Shown: positions 48,588 to 57,359 of the stretch, one piece after another
Layout of the letters: the number at the start of each line of letters is the position of its first letter
Position numbering within the stretch: position 1 is the first letter of the stretch
Virus record (IMG/VR): IMGVR_UViG_3300020034_000005
Location: 26,319 to 90,318 of that record
Reading direction: 5' to 3' (one strand)
DNA length: 64,000 bases
Source: a virus
The notes under the pieces: generated by a model
The model's database searches: none
Seen by the model: the letters and a program-made list of their open reading frames with translations, nothing else
What the model was told of the DNA's origin: nothing
Position numbers and translations under genes: made by a program

Positions 48588-48821
48588 ATGAAGACCAGGG
48601 CCCGCATCAACTGGATCGCCGGAACCGTCGCCAACTTCGACAACTACGGGTCCCTTTGGGGCTACGAGGCGGTTGAGCAGGCCGAGATCGGCATCGCCAA
48701 CGAGCGCGCCGCCGGCACCGTCGTCGACGAGTGGAACGTCACCGATCGCGACGGCCGGCCGATGCGCATCGTCCGCATGGCCGACCCCGAGTTCCTGAAC
48801 ACCATCGCCGTCTTCGCCTGA
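48588..48821 (+). CDS. Hypothetical protein
   Basis: GAGGAG RBS. Confidence 0.6.
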   Translation: MKTRARINWIAGTVANFDNYGSLWGYEAVEQAEIGIANERAAGTVVDEWNVTDRDGRPMRIVRMADPEFLNTIAVFA

Positions 48822-48883
48822 CGCACCCAGGGCCCGGTCCGCCGGCCGGGCCCGCCGATCCACCGCACTCAGGGGGGAACCTG

Positions 48884-49612
48884 ATGATCGTCTCGAACCG
48901 CATCCGCCGCCAGCCGCCGAGGATCCATGCGACTGCCCAGCTGATCGGCGGCCGTTCCCACCAGTGCGACGTCACCGCCACCTACACCCACAACGGTGCC
49001 CGCGCCTACACCCTCCTCGACGGCATCGGCAGCTCCGACGAGATCCGCGACTGGACGCGTACCGCCGCCCGACAGGTCGCCCGTGCTGCGGCCCGCCGCG
49101 GCGACGCCGAAGCCGGGCTGCGGGCCGTGTACAACCGGTACGCGGCCGACCCGGAACGCCACGACGTGTGGGCGGACCTGCCGGACGCGTGCGCGGTCGT
49201 CGCAGTCCACACCCCCGGCCTACTGACCGTCGCCTGGTGTGGTGACGTCCGGGCTTACGTACTCGCCGGCGGGACCCTGCACCGGCTCACCAACGACCAC
49301 AACATGCGGCGCGTCATCGGTGGGTCCCGGAACCGGGTCACGTCGTGGCTCGGCTCCGAACTCACCGAGGAGCAGGTCCTCGACCAGGTGGGGCATCCGG
49401 CGATCGAAACCGCCACCCGGCACCCGGTGCGGGAGCGGCTGATCCTCGCTTCGGACGGGGCTTACGAACCGCTCGAGGACAACGGGTGCCGTCTCCCTGA
49501 CTACCTCATCGGCACACCTGCCGAAGCGGCTGCCGACTTCACCGAGTCCGCTATCGCTTTCGCCGGCGGGCACGCCGACAACGCCACTGTCCTCGTCGCC
49601 GACCTCGGCTGA
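48884..49612 (+). CDS. PP2C/PPM-family phosphatase
   Basis: QCD, LLDGIG, GDVRAY, LTNDH, ASDG, DNATV. Confidence 0.85.
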   Translation: MIVSNRIRRQPPRIHATAQLIGGRSHQCDVTATYTHNGARAYTLLDGIGSSDEIRDWTRTAARQVARAAARRGDAEAGLRAVYNRYAADPERHDVWADLPDACAVVAVHTPGLLTVAWCGDVRAYVLAGGTLHRLTNDHNMRRVIGGSRNRVTSWLGSELTEEQVLDQVGHPAIETATRHPVRERLILASDGAYEPLEDNGCRLPDYLIGTPAEAAADFTESAIAFAGGHADNATVLVADLG

Positions 49613-49653
49613 GGCGGCCTGCCAGAACGCCACCGATAGGAGAAATCGTCACC

Positions 49654-50400
49654 ATGGAACGCATTTTCAACACCCGCACGAGCGGCCCGGTCGTACTGGT
49701 CCTGCCGATCGGAACCGCCCGAGTGAAGGTCGACCAGACCGTCAAGACCGCGACCATCCGTCTCCACACCGTCGACAGTGAGGGTCCGTCCGTCGACGCG
49801 ATCAACCGCGCCGCCGCTGGCACTGTCGAAGGCCTCAGCGTCACCGTCTCCAAGATTCCGGGCAGTGGCGGCGGCGTGACCATCATCAACGGCGGTCGAG
49901 GCGGCAGCTACAGCAGCGTCGTCTCCTCCGGGGGCGGCACCGTTATCGTCAACGGGCAGGTCATCAGTGGAAGCGGCATCTCCAACGGCATCACCGCCGA
50001 GGTGACCATGCCCCCCGGTACGGCTCTGAGGTTCCGATCCGAGTCCGCCAACCTGCACGCCAGCGGACCGCTCCCGTCGCTGGATGCAACCAGCATCTCG
50101 GGCGACATCGAAGCAGGCGTCGTCGGTACCGCATCAGCCAAGACCACGTCCGGGGATGTCGACATCGACGTCGTCACGCACCAGATCGTCGCGACCAGCG
50201 TCTCCGGCGACATCGAAGTCGGCTCCTACAGCGGCGAGAGCGCTGTTCTGTCCTCCGCGTCGGGCGACATCGCGCTGTCGGCTACCCGTGAGGCCAGGGG
50301 GGCCCTCTCCGCCTCTTCCATCTCCGGGGATGTCCGACTGCGCGGAGCCGCTCACCTCAACCCGCAGGCCTCCAGCGTTTCCGGTCGGGTTCGTGCGTGA
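49654..50400 (+). CDS. DUF4097-like beta-solenoid (putative adhesin fold)
   Basis: Repeated SGD(I/V) turns. Confidence 0.75.
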   Translation: MERIFNTRTSGPVVLVLPIGTARVKVDQTVKTATIRLHTVDSEGPSVDAINRAAAGTVEGLSVTVSKIPGSGGGVTIINGGRGGSYSSVVSSGGGTVIVNGQVISGSGISNGITAEVTMPPGTALRFRSESANLHASGPLPSLDATSISGDIEAGVVGTASAKTTSGDVDIDVVTHQIVATSVSGDIEVGSYSGESAVLSSASGDIALSATREARGALSASSISGDVRLRGAAHLNPQASSVSGRVRA

Positions 50401-50545
50401 CCGCCACCCCCTCAGATGTAACCGTCGGCGACGAGCCGCCGCCTGCTCCCCGCCCCTTCGAGGAGTCCCTGCGTGAGGTGATTCGCGCCGACCGCGCCCA
50501 CTTCGACCGCGACGACGATGACGACGACCGAGACGAGGACTGACC

Positions 50546-50674
50546 ATGGACGACTGCCCCGAGTGCGACGGAACCGGCCCCGACCCTGCATGTGACGGTG
50601 ACGGCTGCGACGGCTGCGACCAGACCGGGGACTGCCAGAACTGTGACGGCTCCGGAGAGGACCCCGAGGGATGA
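50546..50674 (+). CDS. 42-aa DnaJ-type CxxCxGxG zinc-finger miniprotein
   Basis: MDDCPECDGTG...CDGDGCDGCDQTGDCQNCDGSG; GAGG RBS; ATGA overlap downstream. Confidence 0.5.
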   Translation: MDDCPECDGTGPDPACDGDGCDGCDQTGDCQNCDGSGEDPEG

Positions 50675-50901
50675 CCGCCCCGAAGAAGCCGTCGCAGCCC
50701 TGGCGCGTGAAGATGATCACGGCAGGCAGCATCCTGGAGAGCAAGTACCGCTCCGAGCCCGCCACCTACCGGGCCGTTGCTGCCGAGAAGGAACGGATCG
50801 CCAACGGGGCCAGCCGCGTTACCCGCATCCGAGTCGAGAAGTGGAACGTCGACTACGGGCGCTGGGAGCACTTCGAGCCTGCGTACCCGGAGAAGCCGTG
50901 A
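50671..50901 (+). CDS. Hypothetical protein
   Basis: Operon context. Confidence 0.6.
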   Translation: MTAPKKPSQPWRVKMITAGSILESKYRSEPATYRAVAAEKERIANGASRVTRIRVEKWNVDYGRWEHFEPAYPEKP

Positions 50902-51113
50902 CCGCCCCCGCCCCGTCGCCCGCCGAGGTGTACCCGATCCGTCAGGCCCGGTTCGTCAACGGCCGCACCTGGCACCGGGTCAAGACCCCCGAGGCCTGGC
51001 ATGACCTCCTCGAAGCGGCCTGCGGGAAGTCGGGGTACCAGGCCCGCGGGTACCCGGGCGGGAACGTCACCGAATGCCGAGGATGTATCCGCGCGATCGG
51101 CGCCGACACCTGA
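50898..51113 (+). CDS. Hypothetical Zn-binding protein
   Basis: H...ACG...CRGC. Confidence 0.55.
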   Translation: MTAPAPSPAEVYPIRQARFVNGRTWHRVKTPEAWHDLLEAACGKSGYQARGYPGGNVTECRGCIRAIGADT

Positions 51114-51138
51114 CCCCCGATGCCACACTGACCGGACT

Positions 51139-51172
51139 GGCCCGCCTCGCGTCCCCCGACGAGGCGGGCCTT
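51139..51172 (+). terminator. Hairpin terminator
   Basis: GGCCCGCCTCG...CGAGGCGGGCC-TT. Confidence 0.6.
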
Positions 51173-51257
51173 CACTGTGCCAATGGCCCACCGTGTCAAC
51201 CCTCTGGTGCACAATTGGCTCAGCATCGCCTCCCGTACTGCTGCCGAGGAGCCTGCC

Positions 51258-52076
51258 GTGCACGACCGCGCCGACGACGACATCTACGAGTGGCCGATAT
51301 GCGTGACCCCCCGGTGCAAGCGCCGGATGTGGGTCACCGAAACCGGGCGGCAAGCGTGCCGGCCGTGTGAGACCCAGGCGGCCGGTCATCTGGCCGAACT
51401 CTCGGGCCTGTTCGCCCGCCTCGACACCACCGCGGCCCTCATGCGCGGCTCCCGCACCGGTGGGGGCGCCACGTCCGGGAGCAGGGTCCCGCCGATCCCG
51501 CCCCGCATGGAAGTCCTCGCACTGACCGGGCCGGGCGGGGTCGCGGCCCGGCTCCAGGCCATTGAGGACGCGTGGCGGCAGGCCCTCGACTGGGCCACCC
51601 CGTTGACCGTCGAGCACTGCACCACATTCCCGGTGCGCCGGGACGACGACGGCACCGTGCTCGTCGGCCGGCCGGGGCACGGTGACCGGGTCTACCCCCA
51701 CTGGCGCACACAGCGCCCCGCCGTTGCCGTCCCGAAACGTGTCACGTTCTTGGCCAACAACCTGCTGTGGGCTTGCTCGTCATACGAGTCCGTCGGGCAG
51801 GACATCGTCGACCTGAGGCGAATGCACGGCGAAATGCAAGCCATCGTCCAGGGTAAGCAGCGGCACGGAGATGTGAAGATCGGCCTGTGTCCGGTCCTCA
51901 CCGAAGAGCAGCGTTGCGCCGAGCAGCTGTACGCCAGCGCGCGCAGCTACAAGACCGCCTGCGGCGCCTGCCGTACCCGCTGGGAGGGTGACGAAGAGTG
52001 GCGGGCACTGAGGGCCGCGCAGGAAGCCGTACTGCGAGCCGACGCGCTTCCGGACGATGTTGGGGTAGCGGCATGA
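51258..52076 (+). CDS. Putative late-gene regulator (Zn-finger protein)
   Basis: N-terminal CxxxxC..CxxC; C-terminal G.CP...C...L......C..C...W; sits at end of early region. Confidence 0.55.
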   Translation: MHDRADDDIYEWPICVTPRCKRRMWVTETGRQACRPCETQAAGHLAELSGLFARLDTTAALMRGSRTGGGATSGSRVPPIPPRMEVLALTGPGGVAARLQAIEDAWRQALDWATPLTVEHCTTFPVRRDDDGTVLVGRPGHGDRVYPHWRTQRPAVAVPKRVTFLANNLLWACSSYESVGQDIVDLRRMHGEMQAIVQGKQRHGDVKIGLCPVLTEEQRCAEQLYASARSYKTACGACRTRWEGDEEWRALRAAQEAVLRADALPDDVGVAA

Positions 52077-52339
52077 GCCGTATCAGCCTCAGTCCGTCGC
52101 AGCTCAACGACATGGGGGAAGCCATTCGTGATCGTGAACGGACGATCCTTGCGGGGGCACCTCAGCGCCCGGACTACCCGCCCCTGCCGCCCTGCCCCGA
52201 GTGCGGGGCCGTGGCGGAACGGGTGGAGTCGATGATGGAGCTACCGAGCTTCGGCGTGTACGAGCAGGTGGTTCTGATCGACCTGACCCCATGCGGACAC
52301 CGATTCAAGGCCACCCTGGAACTTGACGAGTCGCCGTGA
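52073..52339 (+). CDS. Zn-ribbon protein
   Basis: CPECG...PCGH.F. Confidence 0.55.
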   Translation: MSRISLSPSQLNDMGEAIRDRERTILAGAPQRPDYPPLPPCPECGAVAERVESMMELPSFGVYEQVVLIDLTPCGHRFKATLELDESP

Positions 52340-52731
52340 CGGACCTCGCGGACTTCCTCCGTGCCCGGTACGCCGAACGCCGCGCCCTGGCCGAAGCGGC
52401 ACCGCCCTGGCCCTGGAAGCTGAACCCCGACGACCCCGACCAAGTCCTTGCCGCTGACGGCGTCCTCGTCGCCGAAGTGTTCGCGCTCAGCGGCCGTCAG
52501 CTCCGCGCCACCGTGGCATTCGTTGAAACCAACGACCCGGCGGACGTCCTCGCCGACTGCGACGCCAAGCTGGCGATCATCAATCTGGCAGACGAGACGC
52601 TTCGGTACGCCGAAGGAGACTCGGAAGTCGACCACTACGGTGCGCTGGATATGGCCGAACGAGCCCTCTGTCTGCTCGCCCAGCCGTTCGCCGGGCATCC
52701 GGACGACAAAGGGGAGGAGTGGGCGCCGTGA
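52336..52731 (+). CDS. DUF6221-like protein
   Basis: DL..FLRAR...DPADVLA.C.AK...LA.PF..HP...EW. Confidence 0.7.
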   Translation: MTDLADFLRARYAERRALAEAAPPWPWKLNPDDPDQVLAADGVLVAEVFALSGRQLRATVAFVETNDPADVLADCDAKLAIINLADETLRYAEGDSEVDHYGALDMAERALCLLAQPFAGHPDDKGEEWAP

Positions 52732-52882
52732 GCGACACCGTGCGGATTGCCTTCGGCGTGTGCGGACTGGTCGGCGGGACCGCCGGACTGATCGGCGCCT
52801 ACATCGTCTGGAGAACAGGGCGGCGTTCCATCGACAACTTGAAGAAGCGGCTCGGCCTCACCGGCTGACCTGCGTGATCTGC

Positions 52883-52912
52883 TTGTCAAGCGCCTGTCGC
52901 GAACTGTATCGT
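52883..52912 (+). promoter_or_regulatory. Putative late promoter
   Basis: TTGTCA-N18-TATCGT. Confidence 0.55.
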
Positions 52913-52951
52913 CCGTATTCGACGCTGGAAGATCCGTCACAACAGCCACTG

Positions 52952-52988
52952 AGGCCCCCGCCGGGAGCATATCCGCGGGGGTCTTTTG
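52952..52988 (+). terminator. Intrinsic terminator about 40 nt after the promoter
   Basis: AGGCCCCCGC...GCGGGGGTCT followed by T-run. Confidence 0.7.
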
Positions 52989-53007
52989 CGTACCCGTGGG
53001 AGGTGTT

Positions 53008-53289
53008 GTGGTCGCCTACTCGAACCCCGACGGGCTCGACATCCATTTCGCTCAACTGGCAGGCGACGACAGCATCGGCGACCTCTGGGAAGCGGCACGC
53101 CACGCCGGAGTCAAACCCGGCACCATCAAGGTCTGGATGACCCGAGGGAAGATCGAGCCCATCCTCGACGGTGAAGCGGGCCAGTACTTTCACCTCCCCA
53201 CCATCCGGCAGGCAGCAGCAGGCGGCGCCAAGCACAAGCCCGCCGATCCCGCCGCCAACAGTCGCGGCCCCCACGCTCACGCCGCCTGA
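53008..53289 (+). CDS. MerR/Xis-like HTH protein
   Basis: EAARHAGVKPGTIKVWMTRGKI. Confidence 0.65.
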   Translation: MVAYSNPDGLDIHFAQLAGDDSIGDLWEAARHAGVKPGTIKVWMTRGKIEPILDGEAGQYFHLPTIRQAAAGGAKHKPADPAANSRGPHAHAA

Positions 53290-53388
53290 CCCCCAAACTC
53301 GGGGCGACCTTCACCCCCCAGGTGTGCGCCCCGATGTCCCGCCGTCCCCTCCGGCGCGGCGGGACCCCTACGTGATGGAGGCGCCCCT

Positions 53389-53505
53389 GTGGCCGACCAC
53401 GTGATCGTGCTGACCATCGAGGCGTCCGCCGAAGTGACGCCCGCACCAAAGACAGAAACCACTGAGGCCGAGCCTCGCGAGGATGAGGAGCTGACCGATG
53501 GCTGA
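53389..53505 (+). CDS. 38-aa acidic peptide
   Basis: GGAGG RBS then GTG; overlaps next start. Confidence 0.45.
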   Translation: MADHVIVLTIEASAEVTPAPKTETTEAEPREDEELTDG

Positions 53506-53896
53506 GGGCCTGTCAACGACGCTGGTCTCCAACCTGCTCAACACGCTGCGGGCTGCGGGTGCGGCCTTCGGTCCGGTGGCGGCCGAGTACGTGCAACTCC
53601 ATACCGCCAACCCGGGCGCCGCGGGCACCACCGCGGTCAGTGCGGGTTCCGCGACCCGCGTCATCTGCACGCACGCCGCATCCGCTGCTGGCTCGGCGCT
53701 GGCGCTCACCGGCACGAACCCTGCGTGGACGAACGGCGGCACGTCGGAGACGGTCACCGACGTCTCCGTGTGGACGGCGATCACCGGCGGAACGTTCCTT
53801 TTCTCCGTCGCGCTGACCGCGTCTAAGGCGTGGGCGAGTGCGGACGTGATCACGCTGAATTCGCTTGGTGTCAGCCTCGGTGCTCAGGCATCTTGA
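53498..53896 (+). CDS. Small virion fibre-associated protein
   Basis: YVQLHTANPG..G...R...W.A.TGG.FL pattern seen in phage fibre-base proteins. Confidence 0.7.
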   Translation: MAEGLSTTLVSNLLNTLRAAGAAFGPVAAEYVQLHTANPGAAGTTAVSAGSATRVICTHAASAAGSALALTGTNPAWTNGGTSETVTDVSVWTAITGGTFLFSVALTASKAWASADVITLNSLGVSLGAQAS

Positions 53897-53934
53897 CCCC
53901 CTGGGCGGTGTAGTGGCTGATCGGAGGCGTCGCC

Positions 53935-55671
53935 GTGACGACCTTCACCGACGACTTCAACCGCGCCGACTCCACCAGCCTGGGCGCCAACTGGGTTGAG
54001 GTGTCCGGCGACTGGTCGATCATCTCCAACCAGCTCAGCTCAGGATCCGCAGGCGGGACGATCATCCTGCGGGCCGCCGGGACGATGGCCACCAACGACA
54101 ACTCGGCGCAGGTGACGATCTCCACCACCGCAGCCGTCAGCCACGGGGTGTGGTGTCGCGGCAACACGAACATCACCTCCGGCTACCTGTGGCGCAACGA
54201 CGGATCATCGTGGACCTTGTTCAGCGTCGTCGGCGGCAGTTTCGTCAGCATCGGGACCTTCGCCGGAGCAGCCGTCAGCGGCGACGTCGCCAAGGTCCAG
54301 GCGGTCGGTTCGACGATCAAAGCTTTCGTCGGCGGCGTCCAACGCGTCTCCGTCACCAACACCGCTGTCACCACCGGAACCAGCGTCGGCCTCCGAGCCG
54401 AATCCGTCGCAGCCCTACGCTTCGACGACTTCACTGCCACGGACGTCACCTCCGGCACAACAGGCGATGCGGCACTCGCCGTCACCGCCACATCGACAGC
54501 CACAGGCCTTCGCAGCACCTCGGGAGCCTCGGCTCTCGCCGCCACCGCGACCCTGTCCGCAGCAGGCGTGCGAGCCACCACAGGCAGCGCGGCAGCGACC
54601 GCGACAGCCGGACTCGCAGCAACCGGCGTGCGCGCCACAACAGGCGACGCCAGTGCGACCGTTACGGTCGGCCTCACCGCCACGGGCACCCGGGGCACAG
54701 TCGGGGCGGCAGGTCTCACCGCGTCGGCGTCCCTGACGGCCGCCGGGCGGATCGCCACCACCGGGGCCGCCGGGCTCACCGCGACCGCAGCCCTGACCGC
54801 TGACGGACAGAGAACAGCCGTCGGCAACGCCCAGCTCGGGGCCACCGCCACCCTGGCAGCCACCGGGCAGCGCGACACCACCGGCAGTGCAGACCTCGCT
54901 GCGGCAGCCGCCTTCACCGCCAGCGGAGTACGCGGCACGCAGGCCGACGCAGGCCTCAGCGCCGCGGCCGCCCTGACCGCATCCGCCCTGACCGGAGTCT
55001 CCGGCGACGCCGCACTCGCGGGCGCCGCGACTCTCACGGCGAGCGGGCAACGCGAAGCGGCCGCCGGGGCGAGCCTCACCTCCATCGCCACCCTGGCCGC
55101 GACGGGGCAGGTCGACCACACCGGTACGGCAGCCCTGACCGCCATCGCCACCCTCACCGGTGACGCCGTTCGCAGCACCTCCGCCACCGCCGCAGCGACC
55201 GTCGCCGCCGAGCTCACCGCAGCGGCCACCGTCGGCACCCAGAGCAGCGCCGCAGTCACCATCAGCGCAGCCCTGACGGCCGCCGGCACCGTGTCCTCGG
55301 CGAGCGGCGCCACCGCCACCCTCGATGCCACAGCGACCCTCACCGCAGTCGCCCATACCGACATCACCGGCCAGACGGCCGTGGCCGGGATCGCGCAACT
55401 GACCGCTGCCGCAGCCCTCGGCGCCAACGCCACCACCGTGTGCGCTGTCACCGCGGGCCTCACCGCGGCTGCCAGCGCCGCCAGGACCGTCTCCGTGGGC
55501 CTCGCCGTCACGGCGACGCTCACGGCAGCCGTCACGACGACCTCCGCCCGCGACAACGCCGACATCACCATCGGACCGCCCGTCGGACGCTGGACCGCAT
55601 CCATCGGCCAACCCCGGTACAGCGCGGGCATCGGACCGAAACGGTGGGAGGTGGGCGAGCCATCGAGATAG
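53935..55671 (+). CDS. Fibre protein: N-terminal lectin-like beta-sandwich plus about 18 x 20-aa Ala/Thr repeats
   Basis: FTDDFNR...W...G.W.I N-terminus; repeat GxAxLxAxAxLxAxGxRxxx from about 54463. Confidence 0.75.
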   Translation: MTTFTDDFNRADSTSLGANWVEVSGDWSIISNQLSSGSAGGTIILRAAGTMATNDNSAQVTISTTAAVSHGVWCRGNTNITSGYLWRNDGSSWTLFSVVGGSFVSIGTFAGAAVSGDVAKVQAVGSTIKAFVGGVQRVSVTNTAVTTGTSVGLRAESVAALRFDDFTATDVTSGTTGDAALAVTATSTATGLRSTSGASALAATATLSAAGVRATTGSAAATATAGLAATGVRATTGDASATVTVGLTATGTRGTVGAAGLTASASLTAAGRIATTGAAGLTATAALTADGQRTAVGNAQLGATATLAATGQRDTTGSADLAAAAAFTASGVRGTQADAGLSAAAALTASALTGVSGDAALAGAATLTASGQREAAAGASLTSIATLAATGQVDHTGTAALTAIATLTGDAVRSTSATAAATVAAELTAAATVGTQSSAAVTISAALTAAGTVSSASGATATLDATATLTAVAHTDITGQTAVAGIAQLTAAAALGANATTVCAVTAGLTAAASAARTVSVGLAVTATLTAAVTTTSARDNADITIGPPVGRWTASIGQPRYSAGIGPKRWEVGEPSR

Positions 55672-55955
55672 CCGAGACCTCCCGGGAGTTCATCCGGGTT
55701 GCAGCGTCCGCCAAGGCCACGATCGACGGTGCACCGATCGACCTGACCGAGGCGCCGAAGCTCGCCTTCCTGATCGGCAGCGACAACCCGGACGACGCCG
55801 ATTGGCATGACGCAACATGGGACGACGGATACGCCCGGCTGATGCTCGGCCCCGACGACGCCGGGCTCGGCGTCGGCAACTACTGGGTGTGGATCACCTT
55901 CGCCGCCGGAGCCGAACAACCCGTGGAGCGAGCCGGACGGCTCCGCGTTTTCTGA
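55644..55955 (+). CDS. Small Ig-like virion adaptor protein (start uncertain)
   Basis: W..A.W...L.LGP...G.Y.VW...E.PV...G.L.V. Confidence 0.6.
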   Translation: MGGGRAIEIAETSREFIRVAASAKATIDGAPIDLTEAPKLAFLIGSDNPDDADWHDATWDDGYARLMLGPDDAGLGVGNYWVWITFAAGAEQPVERAGRLRVF

Positions 55956-55980
55956 CCAACCACCACCAGGAGCCCGCGCC

Positions 55981-56769
55981 ATGCCCGACGACCTGCTCGT
56001 CATCATCCCCACCCGAGGCCGACCCGACAGCGTGACCGCGATCGTGCAGGCCTGGAACGACACCGGGGCAACCGCAGACCTGCTGTTCGCCGTCGACACC
56101 GACGACCCCGAACTCGCCGGATACAAGAAGCAGGCGACCGAACTCAAGGGCGACAGCCGGATCCGGTTCACCTACGGCAAGCGGCTCCGCCTGTGCGGCA
56201 CCCTGAACGCCCAGGCGGTCAAGGCTGCGAAGAAGTACCGCTATCTGGCGTTCATGGGTGACGACCACCGGCCGCGACCGGCCGCCATGCCGTGGGACGC
56301 CCGGATCCGCGAGTGCCTGTCCGGTGGCCCCGGCGTCGTCTACGGCAACGACCTGCTGCAGGGCGAGAAGATGGCCACCGCTGTCGCGATGACCTCCGAC
56401 ATCGTCGACACGCTCGGGTATTTCAGCCCGCCCTGCCTGGTTCATCTCTGTATGGATCTTGTTTGGGTCGATTGGGGCCGCGGCATGGGGCGGATCACCT
56501 ACCTCGGCGACATGGTGATCGAGCACCTGCACCCCGCGGCGTCCAAGTCGGAGCTCGACCAGACCTACGAGGAGTGCAACAGCTCCGAGCAGGTCGCGAC
56601 CGATTCGGCCGCTTACTACGACTACCGCGACAACGGCGGGTTGGAAGCCGACCTCGTCAAGCTGCGGAGCCTCGTCGCTTACGACCAGGGCGACGTACCG
56701 GCCCCCGGCGCGACGCTCGCGACCAACAACACCGGCACCCCCGAGGCGGTCGTCGAGGGAGTCTCGTGA
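55981..56769 (+). CDS. GT2/GT-A glycosyltransferase
   Basis: IIPTRGR, VDTDD, FMGDDH, IEHLHP. Confidence 0.82.
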   Translation: MPDDLLVIIPTRGRPDSVTAIVQAWNDTGATADLLFAVDTDDPELAGYKKQATELKGDSRIRFTYGKRLRLCGTLNAQAVKAAKKYRYLAFMGDDHRPRPAAMPWDARIRECLSGGPGVVYGNDLLQGEKMATAVAMTSDIVDTLGYFSPPCLVHLCMDLVWVDWGRGMGRITYLGDMVIEHLHPAASKSELDQTYEECNSSEQVATDSAAYYDYRDNGGLEADLVKLRSLVAYDQGDVPAPGATLATNNTGTPEAVVEGVS

Positions 56770-57359
56770 CCGCCATCGACTACGACTTCGAGTTCCTGGA
56801 GAACGGCCGGACCATCGAGGTGATCTCGATCGGCATGGTCGCCGATGACGGCCGCGAGTACTACGCCGTCAACTCCGACGCCCCGTGGGATCGCATCAAG
56901 GGCCACCAATGGCTGATGGACAACGTCTGGCCGCACCTTCCCCTCCGGGGCCACAAGAGCGGCCTCGCCACCGTGGGCGACGGAATCGTCACGAAACTCC
57001 TTGAGCCCGGCGTTGTCGACACCAGCGACTCACGGGTCAAACCGCACTGGGTAATCGCCAACGAGGTCCGCGACTTCATCCAGGCCGCCCAGGAGGACGT
57101 GGATCAATCGACTGTGGAGCTCTGGGCGAACTACGGCGCCTACGACCACGTCGCGCTCGCCCAACTGTGGGGCCCGATGATCAGGCTCCCCAAGGGTGTG
57201 CCGATGTTCACCAACGACATTCAGCAGGAAGCTCGCCGTCTCCGTGTCGGCTGGGATGAGCTGCCGAAGCAGGAGTCCGGTGAGCACAACGCTCTCGCTG
57301 ACGCCCGTCACAACCAAGTCGTCCGGCGCTGGCTCGCGAGCAGGCAGGAGGCGTCGTGA
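56766..57359 (+). CDS. DEDD 3'-5' exoribonuclease (RNase AS/Rv2179c-like)
   Basis: YDFEF...ISIGMV..DGREYYA, AYDHV, HNALADA. Confidence 0.88.
   Translation: MTAIDYDFEFLENGRTIEVISIGMVADDGREYYAVNSDAPWDRIKGHQWLMDNVWPHLPLRGHKSGLATVGDGIVTKLLEPGVVDTSDSRVKPHWVIANEVRDFIQAAQEDVDQSTVELWANYGAYDHVALAQLWGPMIRLPKGVPMFTNDIQQEARRLRVGWDELPKQESGEHNALADARHNQVVRRWLASRQEAS

Noticed and set aside
54463-55548. Ice-nucleation protein or collagen call for the fibre repeat
   Set aside because: Period is 20 aa, not the 16-aa INP repeat or Gly-X-Y
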